64,000 bases of DNA from Octopus vulgaris (GCA_951406725.2 OX597843.1:20274001-20338000); one strand, 5' to 3'; numbered from the stretch's first letter, positions 12,868 to 26,377 are shown. The notes: generated by a model not told the origin, from the sequence alone. Translations and numbers: made by a program.

Positions 12868-13524
12868 CATATATATATACATACATACACATATATAGAA
12901 ATGCATACGCTATATATACACTATAAAAATGCGGGTGTATGTGGTTTTTTATATGTTTTCAGATCTGCGAGCCTCTGAAACATTGCGTCCTCGAGTAAAA
13001 CGAATTTGCTTTCCGAAATCCGATTCCCAAGGTACACATCGTCCATAAAATATAATAAATATCATAATCCTCCACGTGAAATAACCCAACTTTGAGATCT
13101 CAACCTCCCACTCTATATCTTTCACTACCCATGTATCATATTTGCCATACTATTTGATGCTCTCTCTCTCTCTCTCTGTATGTGAATTAAAAATCAATCA
13201 TTGCTTTCATTTCGTTTAAAATCTCCTACTTCTACTTTATGATACAAGTGTTCAAACACAAACAGCTTAGCTTCGAAATCTTGTTTTCCAATGGGGTAAA
13301 AATGATAAAACTTCGAACCTCTGATGTGTTTTCTAAACTTGTTCTCGAATAAATCAATAAATTTCAAAATTTCCACATAATTTTCAAATTTCAAATTCTG
13401 TGACAGAAGGAGAAAAGTTCGCTCTCTAATTGCTTATTTCTTTCCTTTTCTCATATAAACCTTCCTACACAAGTATATCGATCACACTAAGTGTGTGTTG
13501 TGTTCCGAATGTGTGTCGTGTTCG

Positions 13525-13570
<46 letters not shown>

Positions 13571-13699
13571 GTGTCTGTGTGTGTGCCATTATGTCTGCGT
13601 GCGTGGATGTAAGAATGAGTGCGTATTTTTGTGCGTTATTGTGTGTATACCTATGTGCATAAGAATTATATGCATATATATATATATATATATATATAT

Positions 13700-14875
13700 A
13701 CTAGCTGAAGGTGACCCGCTCTATGCGCGGGTAAGAGTGTGGTTGTTACTTTCTGTTGCTTCCTTTCAGCACGTAAAAAGCAAAATCCGAACGTGGCCGA
13801 TTGTAGCGCCGCCTTGACTTGCTTCTCTGCCGGTGGCACGTAAAAAGCACCAACCGATCGTTGCCGCTGCGAGCCCCCCTGGCACCTGTGCCGGTGGCAC
13901 GAAAAAAGCACCCACTACACTCACAGAGTGGTTGGCGTTAGGAAGGTCATCCACCAGTAGAAACACTGCCAGATCAGACTGGAGCCTGGTGCAGCCTCCT
14001 GGCGTCCCAGACCCCGGTCACACCGTCCAACCCGTGCTAGCACGGAAAACGGACGTTAAACGATGATAATGATGATGATTCTCCGTATTTGTTTCTCTCT
14101 CCTTTCTCTCTAACTTTCCCACTCTCTTACTTTTCTTTTCTCTCGGACTCTCCCTCGCTTTCTCTTACTCTCTATCTTTATCTTTCTCTCTCCCATTTAT
14201 AAACAACGAAAGATCTTGAGTAAGTTTATAAATAAAATATTTAGAAAATCAATCAGAAATATGAGGCAGTGTCAACGGAAAGGTCTGCTTGAAGGCAGAC
14301 AGCAAAACGCTAATATTTAAAAGGGACAGACGAACTTGCAAGCTGAATAAAAATAATAAAATATTGGAAAGCAAAGTTTGAAGGGATAGAATGTGAGGAT
14401 AGTAGAGTCACCATGACTGGCATTTCTTAACGACGGACAGCAACGTTGTGACAGTTTAACGGCTGGCGTTAAATTTTGAACTTGATGTATCAGAAAATTC
14501 GTAAACACCAAGTTTTGAAGTGATTCTTTCTCACGACAGTAGACTCACCATGACAAGCATTCAAAACTTCTTTATCATGGACGGCAACACATTGACGATT
14601 AAAAGGCTGGCGCAAATTTTTTAGCTTGATGTAACAGAGAATTCCTAAACACCCGCTATTGAAATTTTAATCCCCTTCCAGCCCCATTTAGACACCTTTT
14701 CACATTTTGGTCCATATAACCCGATTCCATTCGGGTCTACTGGGGCCACATTTTATAAGATGAGGAATTTTGTCCTAGAGGAAAAAAATAGTTGTCATGC
14801 AAACTTGCCAGCACTTTTAACATAGGTGTGCATATTTTCAGTTGAATCGACCGAATACGTAATGCACACATTATA
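13700..14875 (-). mobile_element. Non-autonomous Helitron-like element
   Basis: Minus-strand 3' end is hairpin CCCGC-gcataga-GCGGG followed by CTAG|T at 13700. Internal ~140-bp duplication at 14400 and 14540. Confidence 0.6.
13763..14080 (+). mobile_element. SINE / RTE-related short retroposon
   Basis: Repeated ggtggcacg..aaaaagcacc, ggcgttaggaagg..atcca, and a (GAT)n tail. Confidence 0.75.
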
Positions 14876-14904
14876 TATATATATGTGTATATATATATAT
14901 GTGT

Positions 14905-14952
<48 letters not shown>

Positions 14953-15239
14953 ACGCATTATATTTACAAATGTATACAAATGAGATATATATCTGTATAA
15001 ATTAAATTAGGGATAAAACAACTAATAGGCAAATCAAACAGTGAAAAACCAAAAACAAAAACATTAAAAGAAATATATAACATATAAAATATATAAAATA
15101 TAAAATTGAAAAATATAAATTATTTAAATTGAAAATAAAATTATTAAATTATATTTATAATTTGTTTAAAAATATATATAACTATGAAAAAGTATGAAAA
15201 GTTTAATATACATAAATAAAGATATATACACTTTGTATA

Positions 15240-15555
15240 TATACATTATAGATACATATTTATATATAGAACACACACACACGCATACATTATTTATACA
15301 TATTTATATATAGAACACACGCACACACACATACATTATATATACATATTTATATATAGAACACACACACATACATTATATATACATATTTATATATAGA
15401 ACACACACACACATACATTATATAAACATATTTATATATAGAACACACACACACACACACATACATTATATAAACATATTTATATATAGAACACACACAC
15501 ACACACATACATTATATAAACATATTTATATATAGAACACATACACACACATATA
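15240..15555. repeat. Minisatellite, ~38-48-bp unit, about 7 copies
   Basis: catacattata..catatttatatatagaac(ac)n repeated. Confidence 0.9.
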
Positions 15556-15949
15556 AATGAACGCAAGAATATCTGATTCATAATATTTGTTCTCATGAGT
15601 GTGTGTTGTTGGTAGCGATGATAATTATCCCTATGAATGCAAACAGATACATCAAAGAAAGCCGCCTGACGAACTTATAAAGTGAAAGTGAAAGGAAGTT
15701 GAGGGGAATGCATTAAATAACTGGAGTGGCATTCTCAAAGTTATTAATGAAGGGAAGTAAGAGAGGGAAAGGAGGAAATAGCGTGAGTGAGGAAGATGGC
15801 CCCGAGCAACCACACCTTTTAAGCTAGGGATTTCTAAGGTAGCCCACGAGCATCGTCACCTCATTCTACATGTCCCTGTAAATTTTGGAGCGAATCGGAC
15901 GGGATGTAGTGGCATTGAAAGCAATCCAAGCTGTAAAAACGCATTTCAG

Positions 15950-15981
<32 letters not shown>

Positions 15982-15983
<2 letters not shown>

Positions 15984-16280
15984 AATTAAGGGGTTAATTT
16001 TGATGTCTTCACTTATGTTGCAAATTTATTTTATGCTATTTAGACCTGAAGAGTAGATATGTACCATTGGTTCGAAGAAATTTTCAGTTTTCAGATTATC
16101 AATTTTGATTAAGTCGATTTAAATATATGGTTACGAAACGCGCCTCGTCGATTTAATGTGCATAATTTAGTATAGTACGTTTTAGTATATTATTAATAAT
16201 ATAATTACATTTATATTTTCTTATAGATAATATCTTTCATTATTAATTGGATTACTTTACGGAGGGTCTATCCCTTAATT
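15982..16280 (+). mobile_element. Penelope pseudo-LTR fragment with degenerate HHR
   Basis: GAC-CTGAAGA-GTA...TAC-GAAACGCGCCTC-GTC. Flanked by (TA)n. Confidence 0.5.
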
Positions 16281-16315
16281 ATATATATATATATATGTAT
16301 GTGTGTGTAAACACA

Positions 16316-16354
<39 letters not shown>

Positions 16355-16774
16355 TAAGCAATTAAGTGTTTAGCAACGAATTGCCTCACCAACACACCGA
16401 ATTTAGAAATAGCAGTCAAAGAGATATAGCTATTCCTTCTACTAAAAGGGAGACATGCATACGTATGCCCATCCATACCAGTATATATCATATATACACA
16501 CTCACACACATAAACTCACACATACATATATATAGAGAGAATATTATCTTCCAATTATTCAAGTCATTAATCAGCAACCATCCTGGCAACCCTCCTAGAA
16601 AGTATTTTATTCGAATATATTCTCCACGGTATTTAGATTTTGAAAGTCTGTTACTTATTATATCGGTTTCTTTTGAGGAACTGTTAAGTTACGTGGACGG
16701 AATATCTCCAGAGACTAATACAACCACAATAATTAAAGCTCACACACACACATACACCCATGTATATACATAAG

Positions 16775-16920
16775 ACAGGCCTCTTTCAGTTTCTGACAAC
16801 AAAATCGACTCATGACACGAGTATATAGAATTGGACACTTGGTGAAGGCAGCATGTAATAACACTGACCCCTACTCCATGTGGTTGGAAATCAAGCTTCT
16901 TATTACGCAGACACGCCATT
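16775..16920 (-). mobile_element. tRNA-SINE fragment
   Basis: ctttcagtttc...ccatgtggttggaaa..aagcttctta matches the SINE family at 46053-46485. Confidence 0.7.
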
Positions 16921-16967
16921 GACTTTATACACACATACACTTATATAGATATACATATATATTTATG

Positions 16968-17004
<37 letters not shown>

Positions 17005-17005
<1 letters not shown>

Positions 17006-17358
17006 TGTATTGTACGCTCAAGTGGTCGCACCTGTTTTATCCTGCTTTATATACCTACATATTGGACTTACTACTGCCTGATTTTTCTGCACCTCTCCGA
17101 TTCTACATAACTGCACTCTACCCAATTGCCACTGGATATACTTATGGATCTCACGGGACTCATCTGTTAATGAAATATCCCTCCAATACACTAGAACATT
17201 TAATCCTTTTTGAACTTCTGTGATTTCCTCATTTTCTTTACTTTTGAAGATCGTAGGCTCGAAACGTAAAGCCCTTTCACACTTTCCGGAGTGTCAAACT
17301 AATACACACCTTTTTCATATATCTGTGTTCGTCTTTTGTTTTTCTGTAAACTTCAACT
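17005..17358 (+). mobile_element. Penelope pseudo-LTR fragment with degenerate HHR (17241-17271)
   Basis: CTT-TTGAAGA-tcgtaggctc-GAAAC-GTA-AAG, with palindromic ACGT stem III. Confidence 0.55.
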
Positions 17359-17374
17359 ATGTATATACATGTGT

Positions 17375-17394
17375 ATAGATAGATAGATAGATAT

Positions 17395-17446
<52 letters not shown>

Positions 17447-17474
17447 GTAGATAGATAGATAGATAGATGGATAG

Positions 17475-17505
<31 letters not shown>

Positions 17506-17530
17506 GATAAATAGATAGATAGTTAGATAT
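17375..17530. repeat. (GATA)n microsatellite
   Basis: Seen directly. Confidence 0.95.
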
Positions 17531-17669
17531 AAATACAGTGTACATTTAAACACATAAGATGTATCCGTCATAGGATTTGCTGCACGCCAGAAGGAACAGC
17601 TAAAATCCAAACCGCAATTAGGGATAATCATCGAAGGGAATGAAAATTATAAAACACTTAACTCTATCT

Positions 17670-17739
17670 CCTAGACAACGGATTCAGACATTTTTGTAGG
17701 AAATAAAATTATTTGCTAGGCGAAGTCCTCATCAGCAGG
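17670..17739 (-). ncRNA. Hammerhead-like motif, probably inactive
   Basis: CCTG-CTGATGA-GGAC...GTCT-GAAT-CCGTTGTC-TAGG. GAAA is mutated to GAAT. Confidence 0.5.
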
Positions 17740-17984
17740 TACGCCTAGATTAAAACATATAAGTATGAGGCAATCCAACAACGCCTATTATGTGATACCT
17801 CTTATGTGTTTAGATATGTTTAAATGTGTTTAAACACATAAGACGAATACGTCTTATGTGTTTAAATGTACGCTGCATTTATATAATTAATATATAGGCT
17901 ATTGACAATTTTTTTTACACGTTAGGCGACTGGTAGTAAAAATTCTAAGCTTTTTATTACCCTGTTATTTTAATTATTGATAGA

Positions 17985-19712
17985 TAGGGACGACATAGTT
18001 GCTTGACAGCAACGCGAAATTCACGGTGCCATTCGTCCATTCTCGGCCCCTTTTTGATCCACGACTGCAGTTCAGTCATGGAGACGAGTTGCGGGAAAGC
18101 GTGCCTCACAAACGGCGACCACACCTGTTCACCGTCGTCTACGTAGAGACTGAGATATCGTAATCTCAGAGCGTATCTGCGCATCATCAACCACGGCATG
18201 CCCAGTCATTATTTTAACGGGTGTTGACTGCAAATGTATCGCTTTATATCGGGACGCATCCTTTCCACAAGAAACGAAAGAGAATGCGGGACAAGGTACG
18301 ACGGTCAGGCGGTAGTAGATGACGTACGTGATGTAAGAGTTCGCCACCTCCACCCGACCTTTTAGGGACAGTTTCCTCTCGGCCCATTGCCGGGCGACAG
18401 TGACGACCCTACTCAATATCTCGTTCCATTTCTTCTCCACTGGAGGTCCGCACCAAACCAGAACCTGAGAAACTCGACCGGACCGTCGGTCCAGCGTCCC
18501 ACGACGGAGGGGCTGGTGGACTGCATGGGCTTGATTCTCCAGGTGCCGAATCGCAAGCCCACTGATTTTTCCCGGTTGATTTACGCTCCTGTCACCGCTA
18601 CGTCGTCTTTCAGTGTCTCGCCGACATGCTCGACATGCTCGTGGCTAGACACTATGACGGTGTGGTCGTCCGCGTATGCCGACACGCTCGTCACGAATCT
18701 CAATTCACGTGGGATGAACCTCATATTTGGCAGCTTCCGTAATAATGGCTCGAGAGTCAATGCCTACGGAAGCGACGAGAGGCGGCATCCCTGACGGACA
18801 TAACGTGCAATGTCGAAAGGTCTCTATAGAAGTCCATTTACGCGAATTACCGTACGGATGCCTGTGTACAAAGCGGCTATCCAGCTGCGGAAGACGGGAG
18901 CGAAACCAGCCGCTCTGAGGACAGCCTCCAAGTATCGATGGTCTACCCTATCGAAAGCTTTCGATTGATCCAAATTGATCTGCGCCCCACCCGTGCCAGA
19001 TTCTTTAACTACCCTGTCTATGATGTAGCGCATCAGGTGGCGGTCATCATGGATGCTCCGGCCCGGCACGGCGCACGTTTGCGCCTTGTCGACCAGTTTC
19101 TCAATGACAAGCGCCAACCTCTTCGCTAAAACCTTGGCCAAAATTTTCAAGTCTGCTTTAAGCAGAGTGATGGGTCTAAAGTTATCTATTACATTCCCCT
19201 TGTTTAGATCTTTCTTCAGCAGTGCTACGTCTCCTCGGATCACAAAACCAGGAATGCTCCCGTTTTTCTGCCAGTTGCAGTACTCCGCTGCCAAGACGTC
19301 TCCAAACTAGTCATGTCCCTCGAGCATTCTGCCATCGCGTCCTGCACTTCCGCAGCTGTGATGGCACCTTCGTTGCGCCCTGCCACTCTTGTCGAGAGTC
19401 GTTGTAGGCTGTGTAGGTTGGCACTGAAGTCCACCATACGTTCTTACCCGCCACTCGTCCCGAACAGTCGGGCAAAATGCTGTTGGAAGTCCACACACAT
19501 TTTACTAGGCTCGAGCAATTCGCGCCACTGTTCATCTACTAGAGAAAGAATTGTGGCTTTGTTGCCCTGTTGCGCCTCTGCCACACGGGCTTCCCTCGCG
19601 GCTCTAACACCTTCGTTCCTTAGAGCACGCATCTTAGCTCTGACAACACACCCTTCGTGTTTGACGTTGAAGTGTTGGTCGAGGGCCAACCTCGCCGCCA
19701 AAACGTCGGGTA
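17985..19712 (-). mobile_element. L1/Tx1-clade LINE ORF2 reverse transcriptase remnant
   Basis: NFRPITLLKADLKILAKVLAKRL, LDQSKAFDRVDH, SAYADDHT and WAERKLSLKGRV motifs, with frameshifts. Confidence 0.92.
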
Positions 19713-20175
19713 GATAGATAGATAGAGCGAGAGAGACAGAGATATACATACATACATACTTATATATACATACATACTTAGATAAAAGGAATAATTTTAA
19801 AAATCGGTATGCCAATCACGTAGGCTCCTTCCGACATAAGAACACAAGCAAAGCTACTAAGGTCGCTACCTATTCTTTATTAACATTTTTGTAATCTTTC
19901 CAGCCCTTTAATTTAAGAGCTAAAAAGGATTACACTTTCACCTTTTTTACTTTTTAATTTTTAGATTTTTGTGTTTTCATTTTCTCTTGTTTTAACTTTC
20001 TACATTTTCTATATGCTGTATTCTCAGTTTTCTCAAGTTTCTTCTCTTATTCATTTTTCTTTAGTTCGTAACGATATGTTGTTTGTGCCTGGTGTATATG
20101 TTTGAGATATCCCTCAACATATGAAACTGAACTTAAAGTCATGTACTGTGTCCATTAGATTAATAAATAGTATAT

Positions 20176-20441
20176 ATATTATTGTTTGTTCATTCTCGAG
20201 CCATGCCTGGCTCATAAGGGACGGAAAGCCGGACCTTTGCCGGTGAGCTGCGAGAAGCAGGAGGAAAGAGTGAGAGAATGTGATGGAGAAAGAGTCAGCA
20301 GAGGTTAACGATTACTTTACGCTGGAGCCGCGTGGAGCTGAGGTGTTCAGCTCATAAACAAACATCGCATAATCTGAGATTCGAAACCGCGATCTCTCGA
20401 GCGCGAGACTGCTGCTCTAACCACTAGAACTTGCGCCTCCA
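20176..20441 (-). mobile_element. tRNA-derived SINE
   Basis: Box A (tagtggttagagc) and box B (ggtttcgaatctc) on the minus strand, with an A-rich end. Confidence 0.75.
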
Positions 20442-20689
20442 TATATATATGCTCATGTGCCTCCATATATATATATATTGCTCGTATTTTCCGTGTTGAA
20501 GTTAAACCCACATCTGGCCTTGTATTGAAATCTTCTACATTCCTTCTACCAACTGTTACCAATTAAGGTGTTATATCTGATTCGGCAGGGATTTTACCCG
20601 CTTAACGCTTTGGACATACTCCTCCATACTGGACCGTCTGAAATCGCATTGAAACGTTTGGGTGTTCGTCGACACATTGCGTGATGTCT

Positions 20690-21853
20690 GTTTAATTCTT
20701 TTCCCTTAATGTCACTCTCGGTACAAAATTGATCATTGTGTCCACTCTCAGCGAAATACGAAGAAATGTGATAAGGTTATGTCATAAAATTGATCCCATT
20801 TGACCATTTACATGAAAATAATCCATTGACGTTTAACTCTCAATACATTGTATAAATAATCGACGTTTTATATGTCGAAGTGCTTAATTTTACACACTGG
20901 TCAATTTAATTCAGAATCAGTTCATTATTTTATTGTGAATTATTTTGACGATTTCTGCCTTTCATCATTTTAATTTTAATTTTACTACATGACTCCGGCC
21001 ATAAACCTTACCTAAAAGTCAAAGTTCATCAAAATCGGATGAATTGTGTAAAAGTTACAGCATAAAATACTAATCCTATGGGTAATTGCATACAAAAAGC
21101 CCATTGTTTTTTTTAAATCTCCCTCTCACTCGCAGTTATCGATTTTTGTCAACTCTTAATGCTGGTGTCAACTAATGGACACGAACTGTAATCACATGTA
21201 AAATTTCTACAAAATCGTTAAAAATGTCTGTATGGAAATGCCTATGCACCTTTATGCCCTTTTCAAGCTCTTTTGAATTAAATAAATACCTTTTACCGTA
21301 TCCCCCACCAAACATTTATCTGCGCTTCATATTTCATTAAAATCGGATGAAAAATATGAAATTTACGGCCAAAAATAAAACCCCTTTGGGTATTTGCACG
21401 CAAAACGTCTATTGATTTTATAAAACCACTGCTCCGGCGCAATTACCAATTTTTTTCTCAACATCATATAATGAAATCAACTCACTGCCATGAGCCTTGC
21501 TCACTCGTCGATTTTCATTAAAGTTGGACAAAAAAGGCAAAAGCTGCTGGGAAACTAACATCGTTATGGGAATATGCGAGGTTAATGAAGAACATTTTAA
21601 AATGTCGCCATTGTTTTCAAATTACGTTTCACATTTTGTTTGATAAAAAAGCGTGGATTATAATGGTGATCACCGATTTCGAAAATTTTTCTGTTAAAAC
21701 TTTCGTTAATGCGTCGTTCAAAAGCATTGGCCAAAATCGTTACCGATTGGGATTGGGGATTCGAAAAAAATCAAAACATTCTCACAATTTTTAAAGACCT
21801 TCCTGCCATCATTTCAAACGTTGAGGTGAAAAAATTTGAAAATCATCACCAGA
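20690..21853 (+). mobile_element. Non-autonomous element with internal subrepeats (Helentron/HINE-like)
   Basis: Colinear with 43480-44645. Recurrent ttcat.aaaatcgg motif and a ~307-bp internal duplication. Confidence 0.6.
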
Positions 21854-21859
21854 ATCAGT

Positions 21860-21894
21860 GCAGGAGTGGCTGTGTGGTAAGTAGCTTGCTTACC
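21860..21894 (+). mobile_element. SINE 5' head, split from its body at 24664
   Basis: caggagtggctgtgtggtaagtagcttgcttacc. Confidence 0.75.
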
Positions 21895-23280
21895 TGATTG
21901 TGCATGTGCGAATCGGAGTTGTGTTTGATACTGAAGCAGTAAAGACGTGTTTTTGAAGCCGTCTTAAATTGAAGAGTTTTGAAACTCAGTTATAAGGAAG
22001 ACTTTTTTGGGGGTCTAGTGGGGGCATGTTGTCTGCCGCAATTATTTTTTGCAAACAAGAAGTCCTCACTGGATTCTAGTCTTCCTGTAGCTGAGTGAAT
22101 ATTTTTTCACTTAACTGCGAAAATTATTGTTTTGGTGGGCGTATCCTGCCTCAAAATTTTGTTTGAGAATAATGTTTGTCCAGGAATAACTCTGCGAATT
22201 TTTAGAAAAGATTTCAACAATATTGTTCCTGTTAAGGATTACCTATGAGAAGAAAATTGGAATGATTTGCGTTAAAATTTTGGCCTGGATTACCGAGTGG
22301 CCTTTGCTGTGTTTTGAACTGTTTCTCTCTCTTCGGCTCTCTTTTATTTAAAAAAGACTCTTTATTGAAATGTTAATTTTTCTCCTTCCTTTTTGTTTAG
22401 CCTTTTTTTCTCTTCCTTCTTTTTCGTTAATTATTTTGTATTTTATGAGGTGTTTTTTGGACTTTTTTTAAAAGAAACATGGCAAAGAACAATGGAATGT
22501 TGGTGGACGCCATTGCCAATTTCAAAAAATATAATCGAAAGAGAGATGGCAGAATTTCAGCCAGCTATTAAGTTTATCACTCGGAGGGTCAAATATGCAA
22601 CCGTGTGGTTGCTGTTTGACTCCCCAGAAATGGATTGTGAATTTGCGAGCCAGCTCCTGGAAGGCAATGAACTTTTGTTTCTTCCTACATATTGTGGGAA
22701 GAAGTTGATGAGGGCTTGGTTTTGCGGCTTGCCACTCGGAGTCTGGGTGGCAGTAGCACCAAGCTCTTCAATGTAAATATTCTGCCTGCGGCTGACTTGG
22801 AGGGGTCAAAAGCTGTTTTGACCCTCTAGATCCTGTCAGCCTAAAGTCTGGTATTTCCAGACTTTTTAAGAATAGGCGGGTCGAAGTATCCGGTGATGCT
22901 TGAGGGAGCCCTCCTCCCCCAAGTGTTATCGGTGCTTGGAGCCTGGCCATATAAAAAAGAACTGTCCTTAACGGCAAAGCAAAGTCCTGGAGCGGCCAAC
23001 TTTGAGCATACCTTGATTTTAAAGCAAGCATGGGCGATGGTGCAGTACACGTACACAAGCGATGATGAGGATTGACAAGTGGTTGAAAAGCCTCAGTGTT
23101 ATAATGTGTAAGAAGCTCAGTGCCTCATTTGTAAATGGACTAGTGTTGATTGTATATTGATTATTTTATTGTATATTATTGTATGTTATTATTTGTTATG
23201 GACTATTAAGTCCAATAATTGTAAAAACTGTAGTGAGAGGTTCAATACCTCGTTATTTTTCTGTTGGGAAAAAAAGAAGA
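21895..23280 (+). mobile_element. ORF1-only L1/Tx1-related retroelement (HAL1-like), decayed
   Basis: KYATVWLLFDS...LPTYCGKK and zinc knuckle PKCYRCLEPGHIKKNCP (~22918-22968). A-rich end with no RT downstream. Confidence 0.65.
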
Positions 23281-23289
23281 ATGTTTTAG

Positions 23290-24660
23290 AGAACCAGAAC
23301 CAGATAAAGTCACGTGCTCTTGTTATCTTATTCCGATTGATAGGTTTATCCGAGTATATAAAGGGTTTTGAAAGTGCATACGGGTGTTGATATCGGCAGG
23401 CAGAAACAGGGTTAGTGTCAAGGGTCACCGAGTGGGGAGATTGTTTGTCAGATCATATACTACTTTAAAATTTGGGAGAGTAGTAGTACGATGGGTTATG
23501 CGTGATATTTTTCGTTTCATCTGGAGGAAGGGTGTATCCTTGGTTCCGTGTTTAGTGATGGGAGGCTTGTCCCACATGGATATATTTGATCAGATTCGTA
23601 TGATCGTCGCGTTGTAGAGCGCAATTATAATATTCAGCGTATTGTTCGAATATTTCCTTACTGGCGGACGGTGATGAACTCCGTTTTGATACGATATCTA
23701 CGATAGAGTTTAGGACAACTGGCGTTGTGGTTGGAGGAAAAGTTGACGTAGTTGAGGTTCTCCTCAAGTTCATGACATGGGTAGAAAATTTGGCTTTGTA
23801 GATCTAGGGTGACATCTAGGAAATTAGAAGTTTTAAGGCTGCTACAAAAAGTGATGCAGAGGCCCACCTTTTTCAAAAGATATCTTAGTCTTTTTCTAAT
23901 CTGTTCGATTCGGCGGTTGCGAGAATCCCGAATGTCTCTATTGGCCCAGAATTACCCAGTTTTATCATATGTCGACGGGCGGCCAAGATGATATCAATAT
24001 CGTCACAAGAGAGGTTAGATAGTATCATTGCAAAAATGAGGACTTTGTTGAGAAGGATAGGAGATACACTAGAGTAATTTGGTCTATGTCGATCTGGATG
24101 AATTTAAAAGTATGTTTAGGGCTTTAGGAATTAAACCACTGGACGGCTTGAGTAATTTCAGTCCATAGGTGTAGTGTGTACGTTGGATGCAGTTGGGGGT
24201 ATAATCCTGTCTGATGAAATCTTGCTAATCTTACCTATATCTGCACTGAAGGGGCAAGTGAGGCGAACGGAAGGGTTCTCGGCAAATTTTATTTTATGGT
24301 CTTCTACGTTAATATGAAGTGAGCGAGTTAAGGAACGTCCGGTCCTATCTTCTAATGCGCGTTTAAGAACGAGATCACGATTCTTGATGTAAATGTCTGT
24401 TAGAACGGAGACTGGTACAATACGGTATCATTTATGTAGTTATTTGTATATTAGCTCTCGGTATTTATCTTGAGGAGCATTATAAAGTTGCCGGGTTTGA
24501 CGGCTTGGAAGAGAATTTCAGAGTATTTTTGAAGACTCTTGAGGATATTATTGATTTTAGTTAGGTGGGGTTTGATTGTTATTTTTCTAGGTTGAAAATT
24601 GATGTTCTAAATCAGATTGGTAAGATGTTGCTCGAAATTATCTAGGTCACGCTTAGGAGG
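23290..24660 (-). mobile_element. Penelope-like RT remnant
   Basis: DHKINFAENPSVRL, NFLDVTLDL and LNYVNFSSNH motifs. Similar to the RT at 54889-55749. Confidence 0.8.
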
Positions 24661-24663
24661 TGC

Positions 24664-25035
24664 CTTGTTTACCAACCACCTGGTTCCGGGTTCAGTCCCA
24701 CTGCGTGCCACCTTGGGCAAGTGTCTTCTACTATAGCCTCGGGCCGAGCAAAGCCTTGTGAGTGGATTTGGTAGACGGAAACTGAAAGAAGCCCTTCGTA
24801 TATATATATATATATATATTCGCGTTTGTGTTTGTGTGTCTGTGTTTGTCCCCCTAGCATTGCTTGACAACCGATGCTGGTGTTTTTATGTCCCCGTAAC
24901 CTAGCGGTTCGGCAAAAGAAACCGTTAGAATAAGTACTGGGCTTACAAAATAATAAGTCCCGGGGTCGAGTTGCTCGATCAAAGGCGGTGCTCCAGCATG
25001 GCCGCAGTCAAATGACTGAAACAAGTAAAAGAGTA
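24664..25035 (+). mobile_element. tRNA-derived SINE body
   Basis: ggttccgggttcagtccc (box B), internal TA/TG tract and a (aaagagt)n tail. Confidence 0.9.
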
Positions 25036-25079
25036 AAAGAGAAAAGAGTATAACAAAAGAGGCGTTGTATTTCCATGCA

Positions 25080-26100
25080 GAAAAGTATATAAGAAAATTT
25101 TTTGTTGAAAATGCCCCTAAATTTGAAAAAAACATGTAATTGTTTTTAAATAAATATATTTATATAAAATGGCGGCGCCCCAGCATGGCCACAGCTCGTG
25201 AGCTGAAACTAGATAATATAAAATAAAACAAATAAAAACAACATACCTACCAAACTAGTTTCAACAATATTTTTTGTTCATGAATGGTAAAAATTTAAAA
25301 TTATGAATTAGAAAAACATGTTTTTATGTTTATAAGTTTCGGTGAAATGAAGTATGATTTTAAATGTTCATAAATTTCAATAATATATAAAAAATGTGGA
25401 TCATTTTGCTGAAATGCACAACATTCAATAGTGTTAGTAGTGATCGATAAGAAATGTGGAGTATCAAAGTTTCGGCCATATTGAGTCAAGAGGGAGAAAA
25501 ACAAGGGAGAAATGAAGATAGTGAAAAAAGGGTTTTTGATTACAGTTTCTGTGATTCTCTTACCGACGTGTACAGGTCTTTTGCTTGTAATGGCGTTTTT
25601 TGGAATCCGGTGTATTTACGATTTTTTCCGTGAACGGATCTGATATTTGTTGATGTCTTATTTTTCTGGTGGTCAAGATTTTCATTCTGCCTGGTTTGCT
25701 TACCTGTGGGGAACGGTCATCAGCCATTCCAGTTGGTTGATTCTCATAAAGGGTAATTATGTTGTATTTGCTGAAGTTCGATTTTGATTGTAAGTCAAAT
25801 TTCATTGTTCTGGATTTAGGTGACGTCAGCAACTGGTATGTGCATGGTGATATTGTATGGCGATTCGGATTTGCGATTTCGAAACCCGCGTGGAAAACTG
25901 CTACTAAAGCGTTTTGAATATCTGTTGTTGTATCTCGTTTGTTTTTTCTTTGTGGAGAAATTGTGTTTCTCTCATTTTTGCTTTCGTGTTTAAACAGAGG
26001 TGAATAAGAGGGAATGAATTAAACGATATTCTATATTCCATAATACTACAATTGTTACTACATGATTTCACAACCATTGTACATGGTTCAGATGATATAA
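25080..26100 (+). repeat. Unclassified paralogous block X, copy of 57780-58680
   Basis: Colinear similarity over about 1 kb. Confidence 0.85.
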
Positions 26101-26377
26101 TTAATAAATTGCGTAATCCTTACCATCTATCAGAGGTGTAAAATATTCTTTTCAGGTGAGTATTTCAATAAGTCCTACGTTCCACCTTTAAGGAATTGTA
26201 GTGATGCCACACGATGTAAATTATATCATCTCATCAAGATCTACGGATGTGATGTGTAGACACAATTGCATTGGTATAGAATAAAGAAAGACGCTGAAAC
26301 CATTCTCTTATACTTCATTAGGTATATATGTATATATGCAAGTATGTATGTATGTAGCAATATTCTCTCTTTTACTT

